Source of the DNA: Felis catus
Lineage: Eukaryota
NCBI RefSeq assembly: GCF_018350175.1
Contig: NC_058368.1
Location: 119,042,001 to 119,106,000, forward strand
Reading direction: 5' to 3'
DNA length: 64,000 nucleotides
Shown here: piece by piece, positions 36,780 through 50,230 of the stretch
Numbering within the stretch: position 1 is the stretch's first letter
How the letters are laid out: each line of letters opens with the position of its first letter
Made by a program: the position numbers and the translations under genes
The notes under the pieces: model-generated
What the model saw: only the letters and a program-made list of their open reading frames with translations
Database searches by the model: none
What the model was told of the DNA's origin: nothing

Positions 36780-36846
36780 TATGTGGTGTGCGTGTGTGCG
36801 TGTGCGTGTATGCGTGAGTGCGTGTGTGTGTGTGTGTGTGTGTGTA
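36780..36846 (+). repeat. (TG)n/(TGCG)n microsatellite
   Basis: Alternating purine-pyrimidine run. Confidence 0.95.
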
Positions 36847-38592
36847 TTACTTGGGGGTGGTTAAATTCAGCCAACTTATTTTTGTCTGAGTTTACAGAAC
36901 AAGAAACAAATCAATCTCTTGAGTATTTCAATTGTTCCAAATTAAGGTAAAAAGTCAGTTTCTCTTTACACTATTCCTGATCCTCAGAGAAATTTCTTTT
37001 GCCTTAGGACTTCCATAGTTATTCTTCTTTCTACCCCAGAAGAAAGCTAAGAGCTCTGTCCTCCTTCCTTCTTTCCTTCTCTCTCCTTCCTTCCTTTTCG
37101 TCCTTTTCTCTCTCATTTCCTATAAAGTGACAGGATTACCTCTCTGTGTCAAATGGGGATAGTTAAAACAATACTGACTTCACAAGGCTGTTGGGAGAAT
37201 TCAGTGAGACATGTTAATTCCTTAGTGCAGCATGTAAAAACAGTTCTATGTGCTAGTTACGATTGTTAGTACTATTTGGAAACAAGCAAGTTACCCCTCT
37301 TATTTCTTTCCTCTCCATTCTTCTGACTTTGTTTTTCAAACTCCAAGTCCTGGGAACAGTTTGCCTGCATTTCTTCCCCTAGTTCTTTCCATTGAGGCTG
37401 GTTAGCAGCTTTCAGTAATGGCAGAGAATTGCTAATAAGTGATCTGTGTACGAACTCTTTAGGAGTCAGGCATCGGGCCAGCACCTCAGACGGGAATTGG
37501 TTCCCAGCTGGGATGTGCTCGTGGTATTGGTTAGTGTCTGCCTAGGGCCTGGCTACCACGGTCATATTCGAACTGTCTGTCCCAAGAGTGCTGGGGGCAA
37601 TGGCCTTCACTGTGCGGCAGACAGGCAAAGGCAGGCTCAGAGGCAAGAGGTGTTTCCATAGGGACCAGTCAATACCCCCAGGATCAATCGGGAGTGCCTG
37701 CAGCTTCATGCGCCACATTAAGTAGCATCGCATGGATCCCTGAGGTTCAATGTTCTAAATTAATGCACACAGAGGGCACAAATTCAATTCCTCATCTGCC
37801 AGTTGTGCAGCCTGTTGGAGAGGTTTCTTGTAGTCTGCCTCTCTGACCCTACAGACTGGGGTGATAGGAAAAGTAGGAAAGATGCTGGTGTTCCCTTTTC
37901 TGATTCTGCCCCTGAGCCTTACCAGGGATAAGAGTGGCTCTCAAACTATAGAGAGCATACGAATTGCCTTGTTAGATACAGATTTCCAAGACCTGTCCCC
38001 TGAGATTGAGACTCAAAGTGCCGGTCTGGTGGTCTGTTTGGCCTCCCTCCAACCCTGTGGACACTGTTGGAAGGCAGGATCAGGTCTACACTGCTTCCTG
38101 CTGTATCCCTGTGGCCTGCCTTTGAGGAAGGGAGTGAAATATAGTCCTGCATCTCTCAAGCTTCAGTATGCACACCAGTCACCCAAGCTTGTTAACATCT
38201 TGACTGTCATTCATTCATTCTGCAGTAGTTTCTAACAGGCTGCATTTCTGTCTCCTGTTAGAGACAGTTAGAGACATCTAACTGTCTCAGATGCTTCAGG
38301 CTCTGACACTCTGAGGAGTCTGGGTGGAGCCTCTAAAGACTACAGTTGGGATCAGACCACCTGGATTTGAATCCTGGTTCCACCCCTTGCTAGTGGGGAG
38401 ACCTAGGCTGCTCTCTTTTCCTATAAAACAGGACCAATGAGAGGACCTTCCTCAGAGGGTCCTTTTGGGGTACCTAGGAGGTAACAAATACATGGGAAGC
38501 ATGTAGCCCGATTTATGGTGAGGGCTCAATTAAGATGAACTCTTCTTGTAACTGTTATGACTAACGCCAAGAAGTTAAATCTCAAATAATGA

Positions 38593-38790
38593 GGTTCTTG
38601 GGTGGCTCGGTCAGTTAAACATCCAACTCTTGGTTTTGGCTCAGGTCATGATCTCATGATTCATGGGTTTGAGCCCCGTGTGGGGCTCCGGGCTGACAGT
38701 ACAGAGTCTGCTTGGGATTCTCTCTTCCTCTCTTTCTGCCCGTCCTCTGCTCATGCTCTCTTTCTCTCTCTCAAAATAAACAAATTTTAA
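38593..38790 (+). mobile_element. CAN-SINE
   Basis: gggtggctcggtcagttaaacatccaactcttgg…ctcaaaataaac. Confidence 0.93.
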
Positions 38791-38879
38791 ATCTTGGATC
38801 ACAATTTAAGAAACTGGCATCTCACTTGGCATTATGGTCAATGAACAGAGTCCAGCATGAGCTGCATGTGTTTGTGTCC

Positions 38880-39075
38880 TGGCTCCACCACTCATTAGTT
38901 GTATGACCTTGGGAAAGCTTCTTGACCTCTCTGTGCCACAGTTTCCTCATCTGTGAAATGGGCACAATAGGTCGCACCTGCCTCCTATCGTTACTGGGAA
39001 GACTGGACAAGAAGATGCATCTAAACTCCTCATTCTGGTGCCAGGCATCTGGGAGCCCCTTTTATGTTATTCTTA
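38880..39075 (+). mobile_element. MIR SINE
   Basis: tgaccttgggaaagcttcttgacctctctgtgccacagtttcctcatctgtgaaatggg. Confidence 0.88.
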
Positions 39076-39624
39076 TTATCGATCAGCTGTAGCTGGAGAG
39101 TTTTGGCGTGAGGTTGTGAATTACTGGGACCTCTGGCCCATCTAATCCAAACTGTTGGTCAGGTGCATCGAACATCTTGGTCTAGCTAGAATGTGTCAAA
39201 GCAGCTACCACCTGTCAGCTATTCATTTATGTCAGCTATGCATTTATCAGCTGTGTGCCTTTGGAGACTTATTTAACATCTGTGGACCTCAGTTTCCTAA
39301 TCTGTAAATAGGAGAAAATAATAACAACTGTCTGATAGTATTATTATAAACATATGAGGCAAAGAATAATTAAAATAAAGTTTGGCACCTGGTTAGTGTT
39401 CAATAGATGTTAACTATAATAGCAATTATTGTTGTTGTTAGATTATCATTACATTACAATATGGTGAGCAAAGTAGGTGTCAGCTATGTAAATTACTATA
39501 TTATAGTGTACTTATATATTATATAAAACATGTTATTTAATACAATAATTAATATCAGATGCCAATACTTATAATTAGGCTTAATAGTTTAATTATTTTG
39601 TATCTGAAAACATCTCTATTTTGC

Positions 39625-40175
39625 CTTTAAAATAAAAACTGTGGTAAGATGCACATAACATAAAATTTAGCATCTTAACCATTTCTAAGTGTATAGTTGA
39701 GTGGGACTAAGTACATCCACATTGTTGGGTAACCATCACTACCATCCATCTCTAGAACTCTTTCTCATCTTGCAAAACTGAAACTCTATACCTTTAAACA
39801 ATAACTCTGCATTCTCTCCTTCCCCCCCTGCCCCCTCCACCCCCCCCCCACCAATGCCTGGTAACCACCATTCTAATTTCTGTCTGTGAATTTGTCTACT
39901 GTAGGTACCTCATATAGGTGGAATTGTAGAGTATTTGTCTTTTGGTGACTGACTGAGGCCACTTAGCATAATGTCCTCAAGCTTCATTCGTGTGGTAGCA
40001 TGTGCGTGTCAGAACTTCCTTCCTTCTCAAGGCTGAGTAACATTCTGTTGTATGTACTCACTACATTTTGTTTATCCCTTCATATATGGATGGACATTTG
40101 GGTTGCTTCTACCTTTGGGTCATTGTGAGTAATGCTTCTGTCAAATGGGTGTGCAAAGATCTCTTTAAGATGCTG
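39625..40175 (-). mobile_element. L1MB-like 3'UTR fragment
   Basis: cacataacataaaatttagcatcttaaccatttctaagtgtatagtt…aaactgaaactctatacc…gtacctcatataggtggaat…gatggacatttgggttgcttc. Confidence 0.9.
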
Positions 40176-40869
40176 TGACTTCTGTGGTCATAGAGTTGTA
40201 TCTGTTCTTACAACTTCTGGCCCCAGACAGACATATTTCTCCTTACGCTATCATACCCCATGTTAAGGAGAAAGCCAAGAAACAAATAAGCGACAGAAAC
40301 TTCCTTCATTTATTTATTCATGCCCCTATCTACTCATTAATGACTGATATTTCTTAAAACATCCACTATGTGCAATACATTAGGCTAGGTGCTGTTGGAC
40401 TTTGACAGTGACCGATATTCGATTTGGCTATTGTGTGTAGAAAAGTTACAGTGACTTTTATTCTTTCTCGAATGGCTACCTGGGCGCTTCCCCTGGTATC
40501 TGGAGAGAATCCAGCCCCAGGCACGCTTGGAAACTTTGCCTGAGTCCCTGATGGAACATCCCTCTCAGATGAGGCAGTTTTTCTACCTAAAGGATTCCAA
40601 AATAGTCTCAACTGAGACTTTGCAAGAATGGGAGCCTGTAGAGGTAAAACCTGTTAAAAATTTGTAGAAGTAAAAAAACCTGTGGTCATACTTTCTATCA
40701 CTGAGAAGCATATTTGGAGATTTTGGTGGTGGGGGCAGGTTTATTTTGATTTAGCTTTAGGTAAACCATAGACATGAACTTTTCCACAAGAGTACTTTCC
40801 AATCCCCTGTGTCTTAAAACTTCTGTGGTGAGCTACCCTGCAGTGGCAGGACCCTGTGCCCCGGGAAGG

Positions 40870-41120
40870 AGCAGTGTGAACGCTCAAGCCAGACTCCCTG
40901 GGTAGAAAACCCAGCTCACTTACAGGATGTGAGGGCTTTGACTCAGGACTTAATATCTGAGTCCCAACTTCTCTCATTTGCAATGTCCCCATTAGTAAAA
41001 TGAGGTGAACCACAGTCCCGAGCTCATAGGATTGCTGTGCAGATTTAATGAGCTAATACTCATAATGGGTCTGCTTGTCACAGGGCCTGGCATAGAGTAA
41101 GTGCAAATTAATGTTGGATA
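40870..41120 (+). mobile_element. MIR SINE
   Basis: ctcataggattgctgtgcagatttaatgagctaata…cagggcctggcatagagtaagtgc. Confidence 0.75.
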
Positions 41121-42094
41121 TCCATCACAAAAATGAATGTGCTCCATGCTCCCTGCCTGCAGCTGCACAGACCATTTTTTAATCCCTCAAATATGCCATG
41201 CTCTCACTCTTCCGCTGGACCTCCACCCATGCTCGTCCCTCTTTCCTTCTCTTCCACTCTGGCCCCTGTTGCCTTTCTAACCCTATTCATTCTTCAGATC
41301 CCATCACTGATATTTTCTCTAAGCAGACACTTCACTCCCCAAGATTAGTTACATGTTTCCTTCTTGAGCTCCACAAATACCCTGTATATATCTCTACCAC
41401 GGCACCCATCATCTCGTACTGTCACACAGTCCATTTGCCCACTTAACTAAGCTGTGAGCTCCATGAGGTCTGGGCCTGTCCACCTTGTCTCTGTAGGATC
41501 TCAAGTGAAAGACATTAATGAAACATAGATTTGCATGCAGCATAAGCTTCCACTGCAAGGACCTCTAATGTGGACACTCAACTTCAGGCACCATGGAGAG
41601 ATCCCCTAGTGTAGCATACCTCCTGACCCTCCTTTATAGCATGTCCTGGAAGGGTTTTAGTTCCCATGTAAAATGTCTACCTCCCCACGCACCAGGCTGT
41701 TGCCTACCAAAGGGCAGGCACATGTAAGACAGCACTGATCTGGCTTCTCAGGACTCTGATTCAGCTTTTGGGTGGAATGGTGAAGACTTTCACAGTACGT
41801 TCTTGTCTGGGGCCACCGGCCAGAGGGTTCTGTCCACAGCACACTAGACTGATCTGCCTTTTCCTCAAACCACTGTCTCAATCCTCATTAGCAATTTTCT
41901 ATCCTGGTTCTTACAATGGTATGTTTGTCTCTGTTTCATTCCAAATGAATTGTAATTAGTGATTGGGCTTGCTGGGTAGCTTATTTCTCAAAAAGGCTAT
42001 GTTCTCAGTGGTACGACACTTCTATGCTATTTCTATGCCATCCTTCAACCTTCCTGCCAAATCAATTCCTCTTGGATTAATGTAAGAATCATGG

Positions 42095-42345
42095 CTATAA
42101 TAATAGACATTTATTTATTAAGTGTTTCTCTATGTCAGGCACTTTGTGAGTGCTTTACATGGATTACCTCATTTAGTTTTTACAACAACCCCGTGAAATA
42201 GAAACTGTTAGCATCCTCTTTGCAGCTGAGGAAATTGAGGCACAGAGAGATTAAATAATGTGTTAAAGGCACACAGAAAGAAAGTGACAAAACAGGAACT
42301 GAAACTCAGGTCTGCATAACTTCAAAGGCTGTGCTCTGAGCCACG
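42095..42345 (-). mobile_element. MIR SINE
   Basis: tatgtcaggcac…gtgctttacatggattacctcatttag…gaggaaattgaggcacagagagattaaataa. Confidence 0.88.
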
Positions 42346-42868
42346 AAGCTCCATCACTGCCCTATAATTTTCAGTTATTATAATGTCCTGATTTGAAAGC
42401 ACCAGGTACACTCAAAAATATACACTTTGTACCCAAAGTGACTTAGCTACTGTGATCTTACTAAACCCATGCTTTTCATATTACACCCTAGCTTACATTT
42501 TGTCTTTTATTTGAAAGGTAAATGGGACAGAAGTATTTCATTTTTTCTTCTTCTTCCTTTTAGAATCAGGCACTGTTTTGTTTGTTTTGGATGAATGCAG
42601 AAGGTTATGAGATTGTCAATGGATGGTTAGCTGGACTGGTACCCGGCCAAGCAAGATTAATCTGATGATTGTGTTTTTATGGGAGCCACTTAGCTCCTCT
42701 TTGGTTCCAGAGCTGACTGGCAGGCCAAACTCACACCAGTCAGTTAGCAAAAAATATTCCTGGATACAAGAAAGATAGAAGGGGCAATGTGGATAGTTTT
42801 GTGAGCAAATCCACTTTAGTTGCTGAAGAAAATATTATAATATGCTCTCTACACTGTCTCCATCATTC

Positions 42869-42871
<3 letters not shown>

Positions 42872-42903
<32 letters not shown>

Positions 42904-42906
42904 TGC

Positions 42907-42945
<39 letters not shown>
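42872..42945 (+). repeat. (TG)n microsatellite
   Basis: Two TG runs separated by acgtgcgc. Confidence 0.97.
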
Positions 42946-42947
<2 letters not shown>

Positions 42948-44064
42948 AGCACGTGCTGTGTTTTAAGATTAAGAGTGGGGAGAGATGTGAGTAAGATAGG
43001 AAATCAGTAACTCCTACTTTTGCTTTCAAAAGTTCTGATTTGCTAAATTCAGAAAATCAAGTTCAATAAATAGAGCAACTTGTTCACTCTTACTCAAATT
43101 GCTTTTTATGTAAAAACTCTGGTAGAAGAAGAACTTAATACTTTTCAGAAAGAAACGATAGGGAGTAATTGTTTAAATTTCATTTTCATTCATTCTTAAA
43201 ATACTTACTGAGTATTTAATATACATTAGGTACCATGCCCAGCCCTGGGGTTGTGGAGGTGAATAAGTTAAAACCCCTGCCTTCACTAGATTTACGATCT
43301 GTATACAAATTCTTAGAGGTGACGAATGAAATCAATTTGACATTGGAACATAAGAAAGCAAGAAGAGGTATTATTGACACATAGTTGGTTGAGACCCTTA
43401 GCTGATGGGTCAAGCAGTGCTCTCTTGCCTTTGGCCTATATAATCTGTCATTAGGAAAGTATTTTCCACATTTTTCATGTGGTTTGGTATCAATAGCAAC
43501 CACAGTTAATCTTCTATTGCTTTTTTCCCTATATACCTTGATAAATTATTGATTTATTTTTATTTTGTCAAAGTATGGGAAAAACCCCCAAGAGCTTACC
43601 ATTGTTTTTCCTGTTACCAGCAGGCCACTGGTTGATGATGTGGAAAGGATGAGAACCTGGTCAAGGTGAGCCTGCCATTAAGTGAGGAGATTCTAGGCAC
43701 TCACATGTGTGTCTCAGGTTTTGGGAAGATAGCTTTCAAATGACTTGGGTAGGCTTGTCATAGGCAGAAATTCTAAAATAGATCTAGCTCAAGACACATG
43801 TAGATATTAAAGACTGTAATTCTGACTGCCCACTGTGAATAATTCTAATGAAGAGAAAAGGGAACATCTAAAGCAGGAGGCAGAGTGAATAGATGTAATC
43901 TCAAATGTCAACTAGATTGATTGGTAGCAGGAGTTGGAACACTATTTGAGAAGGATTCTGAGCCTTATCTAGAATACCAGTGATAGCTGACTAAACACTA
44001 AACACACTGACACTAGATTGAAATCCTCTTGTATAATGTAACTCCACTGGAGCATTTGACTGAA

Positions 44065-44490
44065 TCAGGATTCAGAATAATCTTAAAACACTAAACAATG
44101 AATCAAAATCAACAAGGTGAAGGCTCATAAAGATAACTGTATATTCCTGCACTTAACTTCAAAATTCAGTGATGGAATACATTCTGGGATTGGGGAAACT
44201 TGGCTTAATAGCAGTCCATGATGGGGCACCTGGGTGGCTCAGTCAGTTGAGTGTTGGACTCTTGGTTTTGGCTCAGGTCATGATCTCATGGTTTGTGGGT
44301 TTGAGACCTGCATCCAGCTCTGTGCTGACAGCTCAGAGCCTGCTTGGGATTCTCTCTCTGCCCCTCCTGCATGTGCTCTCTCTCTTTCTCTCAAAATAAG
44401 TGAATAAACTTAAAAAAAATAGCAGTCCACGAAAGAAGGTTTAACCCTAAGCTCCATATGCATTGACAGGATGGTGTGGCTACAAAACAT
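44065..44490 (+). mobile_element. CR1/L3 LINE ORF2 fragment, split by a SINE
   Basis: caggattcagaataatct…aacaaggtgaa…gataactgtatattcctgcactta…ggggaaacttggcttaatagcagt…aagctccatatg…gtgtggct. Confidence 0.7.
44223..44417 (+). mobile_element. CAN-SINE
   Basis: Full body; TSD aatagcagtcca(t/c)ga. Confidence 0.96.
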
Positions 44491-45145
44491 CCTATAGCGA
44501 TGGTGGGCTGCTGGAGTTGAATAGAGAAGCCCACCATTAGCGACTCCACTGGAAGTGAATTTCAGTGTCTCTTTTTTCTAGTGTGTTGCTTTGCTGTTAG
44601 ACTTGAGGGTGTTGGTACAGTGTGGGCTTTTGGAGTTGGACATTTTCTCTCTCTGAGGATAGGAAGGAATGTGCTTATATAGAAAGAAAGAGGAAAGGTG
44701 CCTAGAAAGACCAGGAACTCTTTGTCTTTGAAATAGGCCAGATTTGGAATCAGTAAAAAAAAAAAAAAAAAGTACATCAAATGATTTTGCAAATAATGGG
44801 TTTTTGAAAAGCTTGAAATGTGTTTTGCCCCAAGCACTCTACCCTTAAACACACCCACATGCATTTCAGGAAGAATTTCATCCATATGGTATATACATTG
44901 GTAGTTAACTCATCAAAATCACTGTGGTGTCAGAGCTATTTGATTTTCAACTTGCCATTTAAGTTGTTCCAAAAAAGCTCCTGAAAGCTTATTTTCTTGA
45001 GTTAGGATACGGAGTTTGGTCAAAGGAATAAGGAAAGTGTGCATTTTTCAGCTTCAATTTAGTACAGACAGAACTCTCAAGAATCTTAAACTTATTGCAA
45101 TCTGTTCTTTTAAAACCAGGCTGGCCTTTGTCACCCTGTTATAAA

Positions 45146-45151
45146 GATAAC

Positions 45152-45192
<41 letters not shown>

Positions 45193-45211
45193 CGGCGACG
45201 ACGACGACAAT
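45146..45211 (+). repeat. (GAT)n(GAC)n trinucleotide microsatellite
   Basis: gatgatgat…gacggcgacgacgacgac; source of the poly-Met ORF at 45153. Confidence 0.97.
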
Positions 45212-47446
45212 GACTGTGGTTATTTGGCTGATTGGGTTTGGGTTCTTTTCTGACTGTTCTTGGAACAAACTTTTTCCTAATAATTGTGTAAAAATAGAGA
45301 AGGCAAAGAACTGGAAGGGAAAGTTAGAAAACAGGGATGGTTGGGTTAAAAGCATTGGAACACTTAAAGGACATTAACTTTGAAGGCAGAAAATCTAATT
45401 TGTGACTAGAATTTATAAGTAAATGACATCTAATTAGCTCCCATTTAGTCTCCTTGTAGGAAGGCAAGTTCCAGATTGGGAAGTCAACAGTTGGTTGGGT
45501 AACTCCTATCCAGAGACCATCTGTTTGACATCCAAGTCACAAGAGGACATGGAGACCTGGCTTAACCTAACTTAGGAAATGCAGGATGGAGCAGAAGGTC
45601 CCAATAGCTGCATAGTAAGTATTGCTGTTTTTTGACTAATTTTAATATTCTCCTCATTTAATTGCCTTCCTATCAGGGCATGAAGAAAGGCTAGAAGGGA
45701 ATTTTTAGGCATCCTGTATAGTTAAGTAAAATTAACTCATGGGTATATTTGTATCTACTATTTTGGTCTTATTAAGACATGCTCTAATGATTGGTCAAGT
45801 CCTGTTTTCAGGTCAGTTTCCCAGCTATCTTTTGACTCAACAGATGATGATTGAGAGGGGTAAGTAATTTTACTTTATAATCTTGAATTCACTTCTTTCA
45901 ACTGATACTTAAGGAGAGGGCTGTGAAGAATCTTAGTGAAACTGAGATTCATGATAAAAATTCCAGAATTGGTGCCAAATAAGAAGGAAAGGTGAAGGCA
46001 GTTGTAAATGAGATCAACTTGGGTATTTTAAGTGGGTACATAATGAAGGTCCATGGAGTCATGTTTAAGTGTTGCATAGCAGGGAAGAGAAGAGGATTTT
46101 CATTTTAATCCTGCATCCTTTGGAAGGCATTATTTGTTCTGTATTATATATTATTATTCCAGAGGAATAGTTAGCTTCAAACAGGCCATGCCTCATCTCC
46201 TATGCCTTTTTTAGCCAAGGAACTTTGAACATTTTTTAGCGACAAGAAGTCATCACTGTAAGCTGTAAGATATAATAGGCACAAGCAAGTTGCAAGTTCA
46301 TGGCTGTTAGGTGTTCATTTTCCCAAGGACGCCACAAAAATACCTATTACCCTAGCAACTCTGTATAATATTCTAGTTCTATGCTCCTTTCTGAGATTCC
46401 AATACTTTCTTTAAAGGCCAATGAAACCATTAAATTGGCTCCAACATTTGTAAGATAGCAAGGGTGGTTTTGATTTCGAAAACAAAAGTGTAAATGTGCT
46501 GTTCAAGGGAGGAAACAAGACATTTTTAGATGCTCTAAGACTCACTGTCTCAGGAAGAAGCTTCCTAGGTAGCTGGCTAACCCAGACTTACTTCATGAAC
46601 AATTGCTAAGAACCATTAGACTCAAGCTTTTCAAAGAGCTTGACTTCTATTCATACACGATGGGTTCTCTCATATTCCATCGGTTTGGTCACTGATTCCA
46701 ACCACTTTTGGGCAAAGAGTGGTAAATGAGTAGGGGAATGGAGAAAAATTTTGGTTTAACATTCTATCCAACCATACAAAAATCAGATTTCAAAGAGCTG
46801 GATTTTCCCACATCATTTACTGAATTCTCTGACCAACATGCTGCTATTCTTTGAGTAAACAAGGAGGATTATACTGTTTTTAAGAAATTACAAACCATAT
46901 CATAAGGGTAGAATTCAGTTGTGTATGTGGCTGATAAACATCACTTTCTTTGGCAAGGTCTTTTTCTTCCTTTTTCTATTTTAATGTTTAAAGAGTTTGC
47001 CTTACTTTCCTTTATTTCTTCCCTCTCTGTCATTTGTAAGCCTGATTTTAAAAAGTCTCAGATATTTATCTCCTGGTTATTACTGATTTTTATTTGTATT
47101 TGTCTTAAACCACTCTTTGAAGTATACATACAGCCACAGAAAAGGAAACTACAACATATCCCCAAAGAAAAGAGTTCTCTTTCCTTGATCACCTAGTAGG
47201 TGCCAGGCACTGTTGTAGGTGCTGGAGACTTTGGGGTAGACAAGAGAATTAGGATCTTTGTGCACTTGGACTTGACTTTCCAGTGGAGGTAGGCAGACAA
47301 TAAGCAAACCGACCAAACAAATAAGGAAACCAGCAGAGAATGTTGTGTGGAGGACTACAATTAAGTAAGGTGATGCAGTAAGCAGATCACAGCTTTAGAT
47401 TGGGAGGTCAGGGAAGCCCTCTTCTGTGGTCCTTTAAGCTGAGGTC

Positions 47447-48004
47447 TTATCCTGGTTACTATGGCTACATAATGAATTACCCATCAACTCAGTGGCTTAA
47501 CACAACAATTTATTATGCTTTTGGAATTCTCTGGGTCAGGAATTCTGAGAGTGCATACTGGAGACAGCCTGTCTCTGCCTCACCATGTCTGGAGCTTAGC
47601 TGGAAGATTCAAAAGGTTGGGCTTGGAAGAATTTCAGGGTTTGTTCAAGCACATGGCTGTTGGTTGATGCTCACCACCAGCTGAGAACTTAACTGGGACT
47701 GCTCCTTGCACACCTCCATGGGGTCTGTCCAGGTATCCTGGTCTCACAATGTGGTGGCTGGGTTCCCAGGGTGAGTGTCCCAAGCTAGAGTGGGCCAGGT
47801 GGAAACACTATTATTTTTTATGACCTAGCCTGAAAGTCACATAGTGTCACTTCTGCTGCATTCTGTTGGTTAAGGTAATTGCAAAAACTGACCTAGTTTC
47901 AACAGGGAGCAACATAGACCCCCGTTTCTTGATGGAAGAGTATCAACCTCACATTGTAGAATATATATTGATGCAGTCAACTGTGGAAAACCCAGTCTAC
48001 CGCA
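47447..48004 (-). mobile_element. MaLR (MLT1H-like) solo LTR inserted in an antisense L2 (~47195-48200)
   Basis: ctcagtggcttaacacaaca…gggtcaggaatt…tttatgacctagcc…gtcacttctgctgcattctgttggt; 5-bp TSD ggtct. Confidence 0.8.
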
Positions 48005-48485
48005 GGTCTGAACAACAAGAGAAGTCAGGAATGTGAAAATTGAGGGGAAGAATATTCCAGGCAAAGGCCCTAGATAAAAGCAAACTTGACATGCATTTGA
48101 ATCATAAATAGAAAGCCAGGTGTAGGATATAGAGAAAAAGGGAAAGAGTGGTACAAGATAAATTTGGGAAGGCGGGTGGGGGCAAAAGCCTGAAACACTA
48201 GGAATTATCTTCACTCTAGGCAAAAGGTGGAAGGAGACTGGGTTAATCTTGAGACTCATTCATACCTTCTTTGGGAAATCTCTTACTTGTCCTTTGGGTC
48301 ATTATTTAAGTTAGGGCCTCTGTGTCTCTAGATTCACACAATACTCTTCTTAGCAGTGTTCTAATTTGAAATCCCCCAAGTCTAACTTTCTCTTTTCTAG
48401 ATACTGGACACTATGGGGTGGGGAATGAAAAAGAATCTTTCATTTCTCCAGGCTTTCAAGTTGCTTTTAATCTGGTTGTAAGGAT

Positions 48486-48487
<2 letters not shown>

Positions 48488-48536
<49 letters not shown>

Positions 48537-48547
48537 ACACACACACA
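48488..48547 (+). repeat. (CA)n microsatellite
   Basis: Dinucleotide run. Confidence 0.97.
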
Positions 48548-48681
48548 GATGTTAGCTAAAATACAACTCAGTAAAAGTTACATGTCAAATACATGGTAAG
48601 AATCACATGGGTTCTAGGAGTCAGAAAAAGGGATCATCAAATGTCTAACTAGAACACATATATTCCAACGGTTATTAAACT

Positions 48682-48834
48682 GGGGTGCCTGGGTGGGTCA
48701 GTTGGCTAAGAGTCAGATTCTTGATCTTGGCTCAAGTCATGATCTCACAGTTCATGAGTTCAAGCCTTGCGTCAGCACTGACAGTGTGGAACCTGCTTGG
48801 GATTCTCTGTCTCCCTCTCTCTCACCCCTCCCCT

Positions 48835-48873
<39 letters not shown>

Positions 48874-48892
48874 ATAAATAAACATAAAAAAA
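48682..48892 (+). mobile_element. CAN-SINE
   Basis: ggggtgcctgggtgggtcagttgg…(CT)n aaaataaataaac. Confidence 0.95.
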
Positions 48893-48929
48893 TCAATTTT
48901 TATCCATGTATATTTATCTACATAAATGA

Positions 48930-50230
48930 GATACTTCTAAATTGTAAGAAATGCCATACACAAAGTAAAATGATAAATAACAAGCTAGGAGAAAATATAT
49001 GCTGCACATGTGACAAAGGCTATCTTTAGAGATTGTATCATTCACTGCACAAAAGAGAAAAAAGTAAAGACATGAGCAAAGATTACAAAGAGGAAGATCG
49101 CAGAAAAAAATACAAGTGACTAATAATCATGAAAAGAGGTTCAACCACGTCGTAATAAAAGAAACACAAAGCAAAGCAATTATAAACAACTAAACTGACA
49201 AAAATAATATAAAAATGAATGATTTTTTAATGAAATTAATAAGATTAAAATGTTTGATAAGACTCAGTGTTGGTGAAGGTGTGGGAGATTTATGGCTGCC
49301 ATTATACTGAATGGCATTGAATGCTATTAAGTATGAATGGCATTCTACTGAAAAGCATAAACTGTTTTGGTAAAAATTTGGCAATATTTTCAAATTTAAA
49401 ATGTATATTTTCTTTGTTTTAGCAATTCCACTATTTGAAAACAATCTTATGGATATACTTGTGGATATAGGCCCTCATATGCAATGAGATATGTTTGAGG
49501 ATGTTGACTTCCATATTATTTACGAGAGCAACAAATTAAAATTATCCTGATACCCATCATTAAGGGACCATATTTATAAATTATAGTACATTAAAAAAAT
49601 TTTTTTACGTTTATTTATTATTGAGAGACAGAGCAAGACAGAGCATGAGCATGGGAAGGGCACAGAGAGGAGGAGACACAGAATTTGAAGGAGGCTTCAG
49701 GCTCTGAGGTGTCAGCACAGAGCCCGACGCAGGGCTCGAACCCACCAACTGCGAGATCATGACCTGAGCTGAAGTCGGACACCCAACTGACTGTGCCACC
49801 CAGGTGCCCCTAAATTATAGCACACTTAGAGGAGGAGGGACTTTGGAAGTACCATACAACTATTTAGAAGAATGTAGAAGATTAAAAAAATGCTAATTTT
49901 GAAAGATGCCCAGAATGTATTAAGTAAAAAAGTAAGGTAAAGACAATATGAATAAGGTGATATTATTTGTTTGAATAACTTTTATGCAGAATCATATATA
50001 CATATATGTCTATCTATCTATCTATCCATCCATCCATCCATCCATCCATCCATCCATCCATCTAGTATACATTACCCAATTTCTGGAAGGACATACAACT
50101 TATGAAACATTAATAGTAATTTTGGAGTATGGAATCAAGGCTCAAGGGAGTGGAAACAGTTTAGTTTTCATTGTATACTTTCTGTAATATTTTTTCTTTA
50201 AAATCTTGTGCATGTATTAATTTTAAAATT
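48930..50230 (+). mobile_element. Old L1 (L1ME-like) 3' region, split by a SINE
   Basis: ggagaaaatatatgc…atgaaaagaggttcaacc…cagtgttggtgaaggtgtgg…agcaattccact…cccatcattaaggg. Confidence 0.7.
49591..49810 (-). mobile_element. CAN-SINE (SINEC_Fc-type)
   Basis: Full body; TSD taaattatag(t/c)aca. Confidence 0.96.

Noticed and set aside
45153..45377. Poly-Met/poly-Thr ORF resembling a membrane peptide
   Set aside because: It is the translation of a (GAT)n(GAC)n microsatellite; no coding signature.
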